Assembly (NCBI GenBank): GCA_964016885.1
Contig: OZ024756.1
Location: forward strand, 37,324,001-37,388,000
Source of the DNA: Eledone cirrhosa
Lineage: Eukaryota
Reading direction: 5' to 3'
Length of the DNA: 64,000 nucleotides
Both the position numbers and the translations under genes were made by a program. The notes beneath the pieces were generated by a model that did no database searches, was not told the DNA's origin, and saw only the letters and a program-made list of their open reading frames with translations. Positions 40,563-52,632 of this stretch are shown piece after piece; position 1 is the stretch's first letter, and each line of letters starts with the position of its first letter.

Positions 40563-41404
40563 AATTAAAGAAAATCGAGCTATAGGAAATAACACAAACA
40601 AAACAATGGCATACAACATAAATAACCAAAAACATTCCTAATTAATTAAAAATTGAATTAATTGGAGAAAGAACACAATAACAGACACATTCATTAACCA
40701 ACTCAACAAGAACTGGTGTATTTAAAACCAAAAAGGAAAGGACTAGAGTATACAATGTAATCCTATACACCGCCACCACCATTAAGTGATGTGAAGGAAT
40801 GACATTGATCAGAGTTGACCTGTTTAAACAACAGCAGCTAGCTAAATGATACTGCTGACTGAAGGAGTGGTTAACCCATTACCCCCTGCCTAGTTTAAGG
40901 GTCATTGAACACAGATAGATCTGGTACACTGGCTATTGAACGTATGACGTGGGATGAGGGTTGTGGGAAGGTGTATGGACACAGGAAGTACGTGATAAGG
41001 AAAAAATAATTGATTCTAATTCAGAAACATGGCCAGCAATTTTGGATGTGTGGGGTGAAAAGAGAAGTAAAATAGATGAAATCAACCCTAATATACAACT
41101 GGTACTTTATTTTATTAAATATAAAACGTTTCATTAATAAAAAAAAATTTAAATCATAAACAAATCTATTTCAAATAACAACACTAGATAGTTTAAAACG
41201 GAAAATGAAGGGAAGGGCGAGGGTTCTGGGGTCACAGAAAGGGGGTGGCCTAGGGTGCGCGAAAAGTTATATTATGCTTTCTTTGTACTAAGTTCAAACC
41301 ACTCTGAAGACCAAGAACTAAATACCACGAAGGAATTAGTATCTGACGCACCAATGATTCCTCCTTGTCAACAGCGTGAAGCTATAAAATAAAGACAAAT
41401 AATA

Positions 41405-41562
41405 ATCGTTTCTACTTTTGGTACAAGGCCAGCAATTTGAAGGGAAGGGATGAAAGTCTCGATTAAATCGACACCAGTGCGTTACTGGTACTTTATTTTA
41501 TCGACTCCGTAAGCATGAAAGACAAAGCTAACCTCGGCGGGATTTGAACTCAGAACGTAAAG

Positions 41563-41607
<45 letters not shown>

Positions 41608-42445
41608 GATTTCTAATTTAGACAGAAGGTCAATAATATGTGGGGTGGTGAAAATTGATTATATTGATCCCAGCATTTTATTTTATTGATTTCGAAAAGA
41701 TAAAATATAAAGTTGACATCGGCGGAATTTGAACTCAGAACGCAGAGAGCCAGAACAAATTGGCTAATGTTCAGTTGATACAAACCAGTCCACTATGTAA
41801 AGGCAATGATGCATGTATACCAAGCTAATCCAGACACGATCAGTGTATTGACAATAAATCATGAACCTCACCACTACTCTACTAGATAACCTATCCTAAA
41901 AAAATCGTGCTGCTGCTATTAACCTTAACATAATGCTTTAATAAATAAATAAATACATACATACATACATAAAAACCTTCACCACACCCTCGTCATAACC
42001 ATATCACCATTGACAACAGAGATAGTAGAGGATGCATGGATAAGTTGGGTTTTTTTACGCATAGAGTTACGGCCCTTGCCATTCTGAGTTCAAATCCCGC
42101 CGAGGTTAACTTTGCCTTTCATCCTTATGGGGGGCGATAAAATAAAGTACCAGTAATACACTGGGTAATTGCTGGCCTTGTGCCAAAAGTAGAAACAATT
42201 ATTTTATTTACAAATAAAGTACCAGTAATACACTGGGTAATTGCTGGCCTTGAGCCAAAAGGAGAAACAATTATTTTATTTACGAATGAGTTCAAATTCC
42301 GCCGAGGTTAACTTTGCCTTTCATCCTTACGGGGTCGATAAAATAAAGTACCAGTAATATACTGTAGTAATTGCTGGCCTTGTGCCAAAAGTAGAAACAA
42401 TTATTTTATTTACAAATAAAAATGAATTTTACACTTCAACGTTCG

Positions 42446-42476
<31 letters not shown>

Positions 42477-43860
42477 TGAAAGAAAAAAAACTAAATCGCA
42501 AAAGTAAGGCAAAGGGAGGTCGGGTGACAGACTTATACACCCAGTCTAGGCGGGATATCTGAGATGCAGAAAAAAATGGCGAAGGTATTGCCGCAGACAG
42601 AAGAGCCAGCTACACCCACTGCATCAGCCATATTATTTCACGGGGCTGTTTGTTTCCTTTTGGAAAAATACACTACTTGCGATTTTAGAGGACACCGGGG
42701 ACACCTACACTAAAAAAAATAAACACACACACAGACTGACAGAGACACAAACACCAACCTCCCCCACAGCCATAATACGAGAGAGGAGACCTGAAAGACC
42801 TGTTATACACACCAGTAAAACAAAAGAAAAGAAAACATAAAAGGAAGTATCGGATAGTAGGACACTATATAGTGAAACAGATATACTATGTCAAAATAAA
42901 AGGCAAGCCGGCGATATTCGTGTCAAGAATATCTTTGATCATAGGTCTGTTTGGATCAAGCTTGTCCTGGGTCTAAACATGGTAAAAAATGGAGAATAGC
43001 GACGTTTAATATAACTAAATAAAGTTGTCCGTAAGGAGGTATAGAACTGTTATTTATTAAATCATTCATTTAACTAAACATAGAAGAATAAACTATATCT
43101 ATCTACATCTACTTATCTTTATTTGAACACTAAATAAACTAAAAAAAAGAAATTAAGTTGTAGGATTGTCTCTTAATGCCTTCTAGCAATATGAAGGCGG
43201 GGGAAGGGGGTCGGATATTGACCACAGTGCATTACTGGTACTTTATTTTATCGACTCCGTAAGGATGAAAAGAAAAACTAACCTCGGTGGGATCTGAACT
43301 CAGATCGTAGAAATTTGCAACTAAGCACGGCGAAGTATTAATGATTTCTATGTATAAATCATATATATAAGAAATCAGAGTTCAAATCCCGCCGAGGTCA
43401 ACTTTGTCTTTCATCCTCACGGGGTCGATAAAATAAAGTACCAGTAATACACTGAGGTAATTGCTGTCCTTGTGCCAAAAGTAGAAACAATTATATATAT
43501 GTATATATATAAAGACACCGTGTGTATGTGTGTATATATATATGCATACATACACACAGGGTGTCCAAAAAATGTATACACATTAGAATGCTGTTCATGA
43601 GTGTATACATTTTTTGAGGTGACGTTTATTGAGTAGTGACGCGCGTTTCGCTATTGATCAGCTCAAGGTTCGATCTGGTGACCCGACTCTGGAATCAAAA
43701 GCTCATCCGTCGGACCTCTGCTATGGTTACACTCTCTCGATATATATATTTATATATATATATAATTGTTTCTATATTTGGCACAAGGTCAGCAATTATC
43801 CTAGTGTATTACTGGTACTGTATTTTATCGACCACGTAAGGATGAAAGGCAAAGTTAACT
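41405..43860. mobile_element. Cluster of SINE family 1 copies in both orientations
   Basis: Minus copies at ~41405-41560, 41605-41745, 43215-43310 and 43763-43860. Plus copies at ~42058-42405 (tandem, duplicated 3' ends) and 43376-43492. Confidence 0.8.
43638..43709 (-). ncRNA. Hammerhead-like motif with extended stem II
   Basis: Minus strand: CGGATGA-GCTTTTGAT...ATCAATAGC-GAAA-CGCGC-GTC. Stem II pairs 8 of 9, stem III is palindromic ACGCGCGT, triplet is GUC. U4 is replaced by G and stem I is unclear. Confidence 0.5.
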
Positions 43861-44125
43861 ATAATGGCTTCCCTTTGAAGTTCCAATAATTAATCTTCTC
43901 AGACTTTGAAATAAAGTCACTATCAATAATGAGTTCGTGTTTATGTAGATACAGCACTCACACAGACTTAACAGATCTATACACGTATTTGTATATATTA
44001 TATAAATTAAAGATATCGATACAGGACTTAAATAAATATACGCACACGTACGTTCACATCTATACTGTATATATCACCACACGTATATACAGAGTTGGCA
44101 TCGGAATACACACAAACAAAATTGT

Positions 44126-44202
<77 letters not shown>

Positions 44203-44273
44203 CATATACACACACATATATATATATATATATACATATACACACACACATATATATATATACATATATATAC

Positions 44274-44304
<31 letters not shown>

Positions 44305-44371
44305 CATATATATACACACACATATATATACACACACACACACATATATATACACACACACACATATATAT

Positions 44372-44422
<51 letters not shown>

Positions 44423-44748
44423 TATATATATATATATATAGACACACACATATATATATATATAGACACATATATATATATATATATAGACACATATATA
44501 TATATATAGACACATATATATATATATAGACACATATATATATATATAGACACATATATATATATAGACACATATATATATATACATATATATACATACA
44601 TATATATACACACACATTATATACATATATACACACACACATATAGATATATATATATAGAGAGATTTAGACATATATACACACACATACATTATATATA
44701 CATATATATTATATACACACACACATATATACATTATACATATTATAT

Positions 44749-44781
<33 letters not shown>

Positions 44782-45054
44782 AAGATCTAGTAATTTCTTT
44801 ATATAAGCACCCGTCTTGGGTAGTGCGTGTGATATGAAAAAGTACATTGTATACAGTACAGGAAGTAAATACATACGTGTATATATGTACATATATATAT
44901 ATAAATGTGTGTGTATGTGTGGAAAGTTGTTGAAAAGTCTATCATGTTTTCCTAAGAATTAACATCATATATCTATATATATATATCTGTAATGGAAGCC
45001 GAACTAACAATTTAAACAGTTATAACGTTTAAAAGTGACTTAAACTTAACTCAC

Positions 45055-45101
45055 CAAACTTCTCCACCATCGTCTTTCACAGACTTACTAGACGGCGCCA
45101 T
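45055..45101 (-). CDS. MBD4: MBD4 probable exon 1
   Basis: aatATGGCG start, MAPSSKSVKDDGGEV, then strong |gtgagt donor in phase 2 that matches the exon 2 acceptor. No homology support for the peptide itself. Confidence 0.7.
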
Positions 45102-45998
45102 ATTGTTATCCGTCAACTTGGTTCATTAACACTATCACTCTTTCACTAATTCACTCCTTTCCCCCCTCTCTCTATTTTATTTTCGACTTAATTATCTACG
45201 TCTCTATCTATCTATCACTCTGTAGTACTCCTGCCAAGTTTCTTTCACTCCCCCTCTATATATATATATATATATAGAGAGAGTGAGTTATATTAATTCA
45301 ATTCTCTCTCTCACGCACTAACTCTCACTCTGTATTTATATAGAGGGAGTGGCATGCCTTGTGTTCTAACCACTCTTACCTCTACTTCCTTTCTCACCCT
45401 CACACTATAATCTTGTAACTGCTACTTCACCATCACCCTCATTTCATATTTGTCTAATTTTTTGACTCACTACACACATATATCTATCTATATCCTGGAT
45501 GCAACAACACAGCTCGCCATTTTTCATTCATATATATACACACACATATATATATATATATATGTATGTGTCAATTTTCTTTTCCGTTGGTTTTATATAT
45601 ATATATATATTTATTTATTTGTATATATATATATATATATATTTATTTATTTGTATATATATATATATTTATTTGTATATATATATTTATTTATTTGTAT
45701 ATATATATAAATTTATTTATTTGTGTATATATATAAAAGGAAAAAAGATGAAATCGAAAATGCAACTAGAGTCTGTTTAAGAATATTTATTTGTTTCTTA
45801 TATATATATATAGGAAAAGAGTCAGGACCCCGACGGCTGAGCTCCGGACGTTTCGACTACCTTAAGTATCGAGTACTCTGGTGCGTTATGGGCCACTTGG
45901 TTCCTTACCACATTTTCTTTGTTATATATATATGCCATAAATGAGGGGAAAGCCACAGAAGAGAGGGAGATAGGCTTAGGGCGGGGTGGTGTTTAGGC

Positions 45999-46243
45999 TG
46001 TGACATCCCTCAGACGGGCTGCTGAAGTTCCGATTTCGCGGAAGAGCTAGGCAATACGGAGTCCGAGGACGCCTGAGGTCTCGACAGGGACCGATGCGAA
46101 GAAGAAGCGGCCGGACAAACCCCTATATTTGTTTGTCTCTCTGTCCTCTGCGTTGCGGGCTGCAGTACCGGGTATTTGTGGCCGAAGTGAATAAGTTGGA
46201 GGCGGAGAACGTCTCACAACATGTGGTGTCCCAGATGAGGGAT
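45999..46243 (+). mobile_element. LTR-like segment (TGTGA...TCACA, 220 bp) followed by a PBS-like TGG sequence
   Basis: GC-rich island with 5-bp terminal inverted repeat, internal TATA-like CCTATATT and AATAA near the 3' end, then TGGTGTCCCAGATGAGGGAT 5 nt downstream. Confidence 0.5.
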
Positions 46244-46841
46244 TTACCTCCTTCGAAAAATGTCACGCTGTACGATTGCGAAGCTTAATTTTTAACCATT
46301 TGGCCATGATTGCATCCACATATATATCTATCCTAGTGGTAATGGTGTTCAACTAACGCTTGTAAGGTCGTGATTTCGAATCAAGGAAGCCCATAGTGTC
46401 CTTGAGAAAGACGATTTATTTCATGTTCTCCAGTTCACTTGGCTGGCATAAAATGAGTTGCACCTAAAATTCAAAAGGCTAGCCGTGTCTCACACACACT
46501 ATGTTGTGGGTACACGTGTGTGTGTGTGTGTACTGCTCAATCATATACACATTAATTTCACGAGCAGGTTGATTAAACAACGAGAACACTCGTCGTCATA
46601 ACCGACGGAGGTTCAACACACACACACACATTAATTTCACGAGCAGGTTGAATAAACAATAGGAAGACTCGTCGTCGTAGCCGACGGATGTCCAAAACAT
46701 ACATCTATTGTAAACAACACAAATCCCGTCTGCTCTTGCTGCTGAAGGAAAAAAAAGGAAGTTAAAGTGATCAGAGTTATCTACTCCTTAGAATGATTCA
46801 GTAGGTAAGGTTGGTGTCGCTGTTGTTCTAGTAAATTGATA

Positions 46842-46913
46842 ATGGACGAAGGTGGATGTCGAGGTTTGCCAAAACTGCAAGAACTGTTTCGTCGACAAAA
46901 ACGGGGATCTGAG
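46842..46913 (+). CDS. STRIP1: STRIP1/FAM40 exon 1
   Basis: MDEGGCRGLPKLQELFRRQKRGSE|gt resembles the STRIP N-terminal GLPK..E..R.QR..SE; phase 0. Confidence 0.82.
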
Positions 46914-47121
46914 GTTAGAAACATACTATATACATGTATATATGTATACATAGTATTTATTTAGTTCAGAAATGTATCAAAATATGCCCATACACCCTCA
47001 CATATCTGTCTATATATGTATATTAGTGTCTAATATTAGCAAACGTCAAATCTGTTTCACTGCCTTGCCTTTCTTGTTTTTTTTTGTTGTCTCATTTCAC
47101 AAGTGACAGTTTTGTTATATG

Positions 47122-47161
<40 letters not shown>

Positions 47162-47281
47162 CTATATATATATATATATATATATTGTATGTGTATATAC
47201 AAACGATAATGAGTATAGTGTACTACGTACCACTAGCTATGAAATGTACACTTGTAGGGTAAAGATTTTTATGTGGGTGTG

Positions 47282-47335
<54 letters not shown>

Positions 47336-47446
47336 TATATATATTGGAAAAGTAAATAACAACAAGGAGTACAGTTACGAAAGGTGTTAGGTTCATGTAT
47401 GAAAGTAAGGTGTGGTGGATATACATACATATATATATATATATAT

Positions 47447-47596
47447 ATAAAATAAGATGATGCATGACATACCCTGACTTAGTAGATGAATCTTAACCAT
47501 CTACTAAGTCAGGGTATGTCATGCATCATCTTATTTTATCTGATGAGGACGTACTGTTGAAGATAGCTCAGTACCTCTGAAATATGTATAATAAAG
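47447..47596 (+). ncRNA. 42-bp-arm hairpin immediately followed by a hammerhead-like core
   Basis: 47447-47488 pairs perfectly with 47498-47539. Then CTGATGA-GGA C GTACTG..CAGTAC C TCT-GAAA-TAT-GTA. Confidence 0.6.
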
Positions 47597-47636
47597 TACT
47601 TGATCACACGAATGTCTATTTTTGTTAATATTTTGA

Positions 47637-47671
<35 letters not shown>

Positions 47672-47735
47672 TTCTAATAAATATTGCCTGTACAGGTAAT
47701 CAAAGTGTGTATACATTTTTGTGAAACCCTGTGTG

Positions 47736-47775
<40 letters not shown>

Positions 47776-48609
47776 AATACACACACAATAAAAATGGGGA
47801 GAGAAAAACAAACTATATCGGAGAATAATCCTTTACAATAATGGTATATTATAATTCTTAATAAAGTTGGAAGAGATTCATATATATATAGGTAGATGAT
47901 TTAATACCAGTACTCTATAGTTAAGGAAACCGTTATATGTATTCTTGGCCTAGTGGCTAGAACCTTACACCTGTGTGTATGTATATAGATATAGATATAT
48001 AAATCAGGATAGAACCAGTTTAAAACTAGTGAGACCATTATTCAACAGAGTACTCAATGCTTGAGGTAGTAGAGTATGGCGATATTATTACGTCCCTTTA
48101 CGGTCTGAGTTCAAATTCCGCCGAGGTTAACTTTGCCTTTCATCCTTACGGGGTCGATAAAATAAAGTACCAGTAATACACTGGGATAATTGCTGGCCTT
48201 ATGGCAAATGTAGAAACAGTTATATAGCTCTATAAAGTATTAAACAGAATTGTTCCACTGACTGTGGTATAACAAATAGTTTGTGATTGTTGTTGTTTAG
48301 CCCCAGATCAGTCTTGATCCAGAAGAAAGTTGTTCCAACTGTGACCATCTCATCTTTGTACATTGAGAACTGCATTAACCAATATGCTCTTCCTTTTTTT
48401 TTAAATGAAGGAAATTTGGCTGCTAGTTTTAGCAGAGTGTGTGGCACAATGAAGCTCCCTCATTGGTAGTGTGTAATATGAAGTAACACTAATATGAAAA
48501 GGATTTGACTGCTATTTCTAGTTAGTTATATTACTAAATCCTTCCAGATTCTTGACTATTTAAAAAATCATTTGAAAATCTTTTATGAGAAATATGATAA
48601 TAAAAGGGT

Positions 48610-48790
48610 TATCATCATTTTACGTCCGCTTTTTCCTGCTTGCAAGGGTGGGACGGGTCCTATTCAACACAGCACTTTTCATGGCCCCTCGTCATCTCCT
48701 CCATGAGCTTCAGCAATCTGAGGTCTGCTCTTACCACCTCCACCCAGATTTTTTGTGGTCTTCCTCTACCGCATTTATATTTATCTAAAA
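48610..48790 (-). mobile_element. RTE-like LINE 3' end with (GAT)n tail
   Basis: Minus translation approximately CGRGRPQK.WVEVVRADLRLLKLMEEMTRG, then CCCACCCTTGCAAGCAGGAAAAGCGGACGTAAAATGATGAT. Confidence 0.6.
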
Positions 48791-48946
48791 TCCTTGCATC
48801 ATAATTTTATGTTAGAACCTTAGTTACATTCCAAACACCTGCATAATAAGTTATAGTACTAACTCTCTCCAAAGTTTTGATTATTTAAAACTCATACAGC
48901 AGTATCTTTCTTTAGAAATATGGTACAACATTAATTAATCTCAAGG

Positions 48947-49136
48947 GGCGGTGGATTAGTAGTATCGGTAGAGGGTCTGACACCATGCTTTGCAGCAAAG
49001 AGTTACAGCCCTTTATGGTCTGAGTTCAAATCCTGCCGAGGTTAACTTTGCCTTTCATCCTTACGGGGTCGATAAAATAAAGTACCAGTCATACACTGGG
49101 ATAATTGCTGGCTTTGTGGCTAAAGTAGAAACAATT
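48947..49136 (+). mobile_element. SINE family 1, full length with ~15-bp target-site duplication
   Basis: ATTAATTAATCTCAA at 48930-48944 and 49134-49148 flanks the element. Confidence 0.9.
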
Positions 49137-49180
49137 AATTAATCTCAATTATTGATTTCTTTCTTGTTTATCATATTTAG

Positions 49181-49250
49181 ACGATCAACGAGTCCCCAGA
49201 TTTGGAATTTTCCTACGGAGATTCGGATTTCTATGAAAATGAAATCTCAG
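49181..49250 (+). CDS. STRIP1: STRIP1 exon 2
   Basis: TINESPDLEFSYGDSDFYENEIS; tag| and |gtaagt, phase 0 to 1. Confidence 0.92.
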
Positions 49251-49272
49251 GTAAGTTTCATTTATTTATTAG

Positions 49273-49491
49273 CTCTTTAGCATTCACATTACTCTATATA
49301 CACTATTGTATTTTCGTGGTAAAGCCTTTACCTCATAATTATTTCACATAATATTGAATCTATGAGATTTTGATATTATTTATTTTGAAAACTATACCTT
49401 AACATCAGTATGAGTGGTCGGTTACAGCTGGTTTGAACTGAAAGAAGTGAGATAATTCTGGCCTGCTATGGCTGGTTTAAATGCTAAAGGT
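49273..49491. mobile_element. ~220-bp TTAA-flanked MITE (piggyBac-like ends)
   Basis: TIR C(C/T)CTTTAGCATT...AATGCTAAAGG; same family as 53551, 56001 and 58983. Confidence 0.75.
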
Positions 49492-49985
49492 TTAATCTCC
49501 AAGTGTAAAGTATGTTAAATGATACACACCAATATACACACACACACACATATATAAATATATATATATTTGTATATAATAATAATTAGGGAACAAAGAA
49601 TCAGTATTGCATCATATACATATTTAATTACATATTACATATGTTTCATTGCCAATCAGCTCGAGGAAAAATCTATTATGTTTGTTCCTGACTCTGGAAT
49701 CGAAAGCTCCTCACATATGTGTTCTCACATGTAGACTAGCGTCCAAATGTTGCTGAATTGTTAAACACCTGATTATATATATATTTATATACACACTAAA
49801 CATATTAAGACCATTGTATATAATGCTGTTGTTACTCTGTTTACTACAACGTATCTTTTATTGTCTGAATAAGTTTGGAAGGGCTCTGTCCGTAGCCCTT
49901 CTTATTGTCACAGACTAAATAAAGTATAACAAAAATGGTGCTTGGCTTATCCTCTTCACTGTTGAGTGTCTTCCATCTTTTTCAG

Positions 49986-50060
49986 AACTTTATTGTTACA
50001 CAGAAGAACCAGAATTTCAGCAAAACCTCAAAGCTTTTGAAAACACATTTGCATCGAAAG
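49986..50060 (+). CDS. STRIP1: STRIP1 exon 3
   Basis: ELYCYTEEPEFQQNLKAFENTFASK; phase 1 to 1. Confidence 0.92.
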
Positions 50061-50135
50061 GTAAGTTAAGTGTGATGTACTATGTTGAGATCTTTCTGAC
50101 TTAAATGTGTGTATTTGATAATATATACATATATA

Positions 50136-50195
<60 letters not shown>

Positions 50196-50301
50196 TGAAA
50201 GTTTATTAAATAGTTTGATGATAAGTTGATCATTATGTATGTGCGTGTATATATATCTATATATTTCAACCCTTGCTAGCAGGGAAAGCAGACGTTAAAA
50301 C

Positions 50302-50339
<38 letters not shown>

Positions 50340-50344
<5 letters not shown>

Positions 50345-50535
50345 AACAAGTAGGACCCCGACGGCTGAGCTCAAGCCGTTTCGACAGCTAATTCTGGACT
50401 AAAAATTAGCCGTCGAAACGGCTTGAGCTCAGCCGTCGGGGTCCTACTCGTTCCTATTACCCACTCTACTACCCTAAGTATTGAGTACTTTGGTTCGTTA
50501 TGGTCCACCTGGTTCCTTACCACATTTCCTTCGTT
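50340..50535 (+). mobile_element. Fold-back short element, family A
   Basis: 54-bp arms (2 mismatches) and a 10-nt loop. Same tail as 4966-5043; flanked by (TA)n on both sides. Confidence 0.75.
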
Positions 50536-51106
50536 ATATATATATATATATATATATAAACAATGAGTTATATGGTTTAATATTCTTAATATATCATCAT
50601 CATCATTTTACATCCGCTTTTCCCTGCTTGCAAGGGTGGGACAGGAACTGAGTCTGGCTTGATGTCTACAGCTGGATGCCCTTCCTAACACCAACCTCAT
50701 TTATAGTGAGTGCTGGGTGCCTTTTTCCGTGGCACCTACACGACCACTTTACAGTGGAATGATAGGGACCCCAGTCCCTATCATCTCATTTCTACAGCTG
50801 AGTAAACTGGAGCAATGTGAAATAAAGTGTCTTGCTCAAGGAAACAACACACATATATATATATAATTGTATGTATATATATATGTATAGACATACATGG
50901 GTGGATTCCTGATGAGACTTGGGAGGAGACCACAGTTAAAACCGCTACTCAATACATTGGTAGAGTATAGGCATCTTCATTTTATATAGAAATGACTTCT
51001 ACAGGACTAGAACTGTTTCATTCGTATGAAATCATCATATATATACACACACACACAATGTATATACATCAAAGAGATAACATTGCTCTTCTCTCCCCAT
51101 TTCAAG

Positions 51107-51238
51107 GTTATGAACAGTGGACCAGTTCCAGTGAATCTCAGCAGAAGAGATTTCTGGTGTTCTTGCAGAATGAACTTGAAATGGCCGATGCTGCAAGGAG
51201 GATGTCAGCCATACAATCGGTCCTTTACCTCGTTCAAG
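51107..51238 (+). CDS. STRIP1: STRIP1 exon 4
   Basis: GYEQWTSSSESQQKRFLVFLQNELEMADAARRMSAIQSVLYLVQ; aag| acceptor, phase 1 to 1. Confidence 0.88.
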
Positions 51239-51409
51239 GTTGGTCTCTAGTTTTCATTTTTATACACATTCACACACACACACATATACACTTATATACA
51301 CTGGTACACAATATACAATTGTATATACAATCACCATCATCACCATCATTACTACTATCACCACCACCACTCCACCAGCATTACTACTATCACCACCACC
51401 ACTCCACTA

Positions 51410-51511
51410 TTATATATATATTATATGTATACATTTTTATATATGTATACATGTTTATATATATATTATATGTATACATTTTTATATATATATATTATAT
51501 GTATACATTTT

Positions 51512-51542
<31 letters not shown>

Positions 51543-51752
51543 TACATTTTTATATATATATATATATATATTATATGTATACACTTTTATATATATATAT
51601 ATATTATATGTATACATTTTTATATATATATATATACTATATGTATACATTTTTATATATATACATATTATATATATACATTTTTATATATATATATATT
51701 ATATGTATACATTTTTATATATATATATATATATATTATATGTATACATTTT

Positions 51753-51783
<31 letters not shown>

Positions 51784-51920
51784 CATTTTTATATATATAT
51801 ATATATTATATGTATACATTTTTATATATATATATATATTATATGTATACATTTTTATATATATATATATATTATATGTATACATTTTTATATATATATA
51901 TATATTATATGTATACATTT
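51410..51920. repeat. ~30-bp AT minisatellite (TATATTATATGTATACATTTTTATATATA)
   Basis: Repeated unit visible within STRIP1 intron 4. Confidence 0.9.
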
Positions 51921-51934
51921 TTTTCTTTTTTCAG

Positions 51935-52055
51935 GAGTATTTTCTGAATGTGATACTGAAGATCACCAAGAATATTGGGCCAAGAGGAATGTATTCTTAG
52001 TCTATGAGATGGGTTTGTTTGCCTCCTGTGTTCACTTACTTCACTTGGAAATGGA
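51935..52055 (+). CDS. STRIP1: STRIP1 exon 5
   Basis: GVFSECDTEDHQEYWAKRNVFLVYEMGLFASCVHLLHLEM; phase 1 to 2. Confidence 0.92.
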
Positions 52056-52069
52056 GTAAGTCTAATTTT

Positions 52070-52550
52070 AATCTTTATGGGTTGATAAAATAAAGTACCA
52101 GTAATGCACTGGGGTCAATTTCATCGACTTTCCCCTCCCCCAAAAAAATTGTTGGCCTTGTGCCTAAATCAGAAACCATTATTATTATCTGAGTTCAAAT
52201 CCCGCCGAGGTTAACTTTGCCTTTCATCCTTACGGGGTCGATAAAATAAAGTACCAGTAATGTACTGGGTAATTGCTGGCCTTGTGCCGAAAGTAGAAAC
52301 AATTATTATTATCATTATAGCGGTGGATTGGCAGTATGGGTAGAGAGTCGGACACCATGCTTTGAAGCATAGAGTTACGTCCCTTTATGATCTGAGTTCA
52401 AATCCCGCCGAGGTTAACTTTGCCTTTCATCCTTATAGGGTCGATAAAATAAAGTACCAGTAATGCTCTGGGGTCGATTTAATCGACTTTCTCCTCCCCC
52501 CAAATTACTGGCCTTGTGCTTATATAAGAAACCATTATTATTATTATTAT
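52070..52550 (+). mobile_element. Three tandem SINE family 1 copies filling STRIP1 intron 5
   Basis: Core GATAAAATAAAGTACCAGTAATG at ~52084, 52240 and 52443; the third copy is full length from 52319. Confidence 0.85.
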
Positions 52551-52563
52551 TATTATTTTCCAG

Positions 52564-52632
52564 CAACAAAGCTTCAGCTACAGCTGCTCTAAGAAAACCG
52601 TCTCTGTCTATTGCTGATTGTAAAGAACTCAG
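52564..52632 (+). CDS. STRIP1: STRIP1 exon 6
   Basis: DNKASATAALRKPSLSIADCKELR (conserved A.RKP..S.ADS..LR); phase 2 to 2. Confidence 0.93.
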
